Assembly: GCF_001194135.2 (NCBI RefSeq)
Contig: NC_068995.1
Coordinates: forward strand, 45,464,769-45,528,768
DNA: 64,000 nucleotides
Source of the DNA: Octopus bimaculoides
Lineage: Eukaryota
Reading direction: 5' to 3'
A program made the position numbers and the translations under genes. Below the pieces are notes generated by a model. It did no database searches. It was not told the origin of the DNA and saw nothing but the letters and a program-made list of their open reading frames with translations. Within the stretch, counting starts at the first letter, position 1. Each line of letters starts with the position of its first letter. Positions 62,340 through 64,000 of this stretch are shown in pieces.

Positions 62340-62420
62340 CCGTCGTTTGTGCCCCTACGACAGCGCCATCTTCGTATTGGAAACGAATGAGTTTGTTGTA
62401 CAAGTTAGTAGTAGGCCCAC
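62340..62420 (-). promoter_or_regulatory. Small CpG-rich island with YY1-like AAGATGGCG and CCAAT motifs; possible promoter
   Basis: Plus strand gcgccatctt at 62363-62372 and attgg at 62376-62380; directly adjacent to an N gap. Confidence 0.3.
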
Positions 62421-62589
62421 AGAGGAAAAATGCCTGTTCAGTGTTTGTGTGTAGAAGTAAATGTGTGTGTGTATAGGAAAGGTTAAGAAACAAGGAATAT
62501 ACAGTAGAAAATGAGAAGTGGGGTGGGGGGGCAAGCAAAGTTTTGTAATTAGATCATTCCAGCTGAAATATACTGTCCGTCTGTCTCCT

Positions 62590-62883
62590 GTGTATACACA
62601 CATACATATGTACACATACACATACACATGTATCTACACAGGAATACACCTATACATGTATCTACATGCACACAGGTACCTACATGCATGCGTGCACATG
62701 TATCTACGCATGTGCACACACACTTATCTACACACACATGCACGTACATATCTACATACACACACACGTATATGTATATACATATATACCTACAAATGCA
62801 CATATATATATATATATATACACACATATGCACATATACACACACACACACACACATATATACATATATATATNNNNNNNNNN

Positions 62884-62923
<40 letters not shown>

Positions 62924-62950
62924 CACACATGCACATACATATATATTCAT
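62590..62950. repeat. (CA/TA/CATA)n compound microsatellite
   Basis: Direct inspection. Confidence 0.9.
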
Positions 62951-64000
62951 AGATATAAATTATTAAGAATGAGTAAAAATAAACCCAAGCCTACACAGGT
63001 ATAAAACCAAACCATGTGATCTGTCAACTGAATAATTTATGCAGTCGTGTTTTGACATGTTGAAACACGTTATGACAAGAGGATGTTTGGCTCTGGTCTG
63101 GTCCATTTCGATTTGTTTTAAGTTTTGAGAGCAAAACAATAATTATACCAACTCCTTACTTGCAAACTGGCTTCAAATGGCAGAAAGTAGCAGGTCTGTT
63201 GCCTGCAGTTGGCTGACTAGAAAATAAAACATGATTTGTGTGGTTTAGAAATTTACTTTGCAACTGCATAATTTTGCATTCTGTCCCACTGTGCAGCAGT
63301 TTGACTTAGTTCATTTCACCTTACAGTAGAAGGTAATGATTCCTTGTGAGTGAAATTTGATAGGCAGAGACTCTATGTGGGGAAACAGACCCAGGCGTAG
63401 CTTAATGGTTGAGTACTTTGTTTACCAGCCCCATGGTTTTGTATTCAGTCCTATGTAGGACCTTGGATGAGTTCCTTCCTTTATAGTCCCAGGACAATCA
63501 AAGGCTAATGAGTGAATCTGCTGGCCAGAAACTGATAGAAGCTTGTTGTGTGTATGTGTGTGTGACAGAAGCTTGTGTGTTCACACACGCACACATGTAT
63601 TTGTGCTTCTCCAAAATTTGTTGAGCTACAAGCAGTAATGTTGTCATCTCCCTTGTCAACAAATCATTTGCAGGTTGTTTGCCTTCAGAGATATGAGGAA
63701 TAATTGATCCCTTGCTTGAAAAGTGGGTAAGGGTTAGTGACCGGAACAGCATGCACTTTAAAACGATGCGTCAATAATATACCCTTCTAACCCATGCTAG
63801 CATGGTAAAATGGATGTAAAAATGAAATAGAAAGAAAATAATATATATCTACTAAAATCTTTTGAATATGTTACTCAAGTATGGTTGTAATCCAAACGCT
63901 GCAACTAGTAAAAAAATATTACATATGTCATTATCATCATTGTAAAATCCTCTTCTGAATGCTAGCATTGGCCACACAGAATTACTTGAGGCATATTTTC

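Overview
AT-rich, microsatellite-dense eukaryotic DNA with several N gaps, most likely from Octopus (inferred from the SINE and RTE-LINE repeat families). One complete protein-coding gene was reconstructed on the minus strand: hnRNP K (14 coding exons, 27773 to 13572, all GT-AG, frame-consistent, 431 aa, with bipartite NLS, KH1, KH2, Gly/RGG-rich linker and KH3). Its last intron carries a mir-7 hairpin, the same host arrangement known for human MIR7-1/HNRNPK and Drosophila mir-7/bancal. The most interesting signals are candidate splicing-control elements in this gene: (1) a 20-nt ATG-containing microexon that would either switch the N-terminus or frameshift the upstream start; (2) a C-rich, AG-free element in front of the 44-nt KH1 exon, plus an upstream stop-containing acceptor; (3) a GTAAGT donor at the base of the mir-7 hairpin, followed by another C-rich patch. 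Together they suggest hnRNP K autoregulation by unproductive splicing, possibly coupled to miR-7 production; this is inference and needs RNA-seq. The rest is an intron-containing tRNA-Ile(UAU) probable pseudogene, decayed RTE LINE, pogo/Tigger and hAT fragments, MITE-like palindromes, SINEs and simple repeats. No coding gene could be supported in 33-64 kb. Repeat boundaries are approximate.
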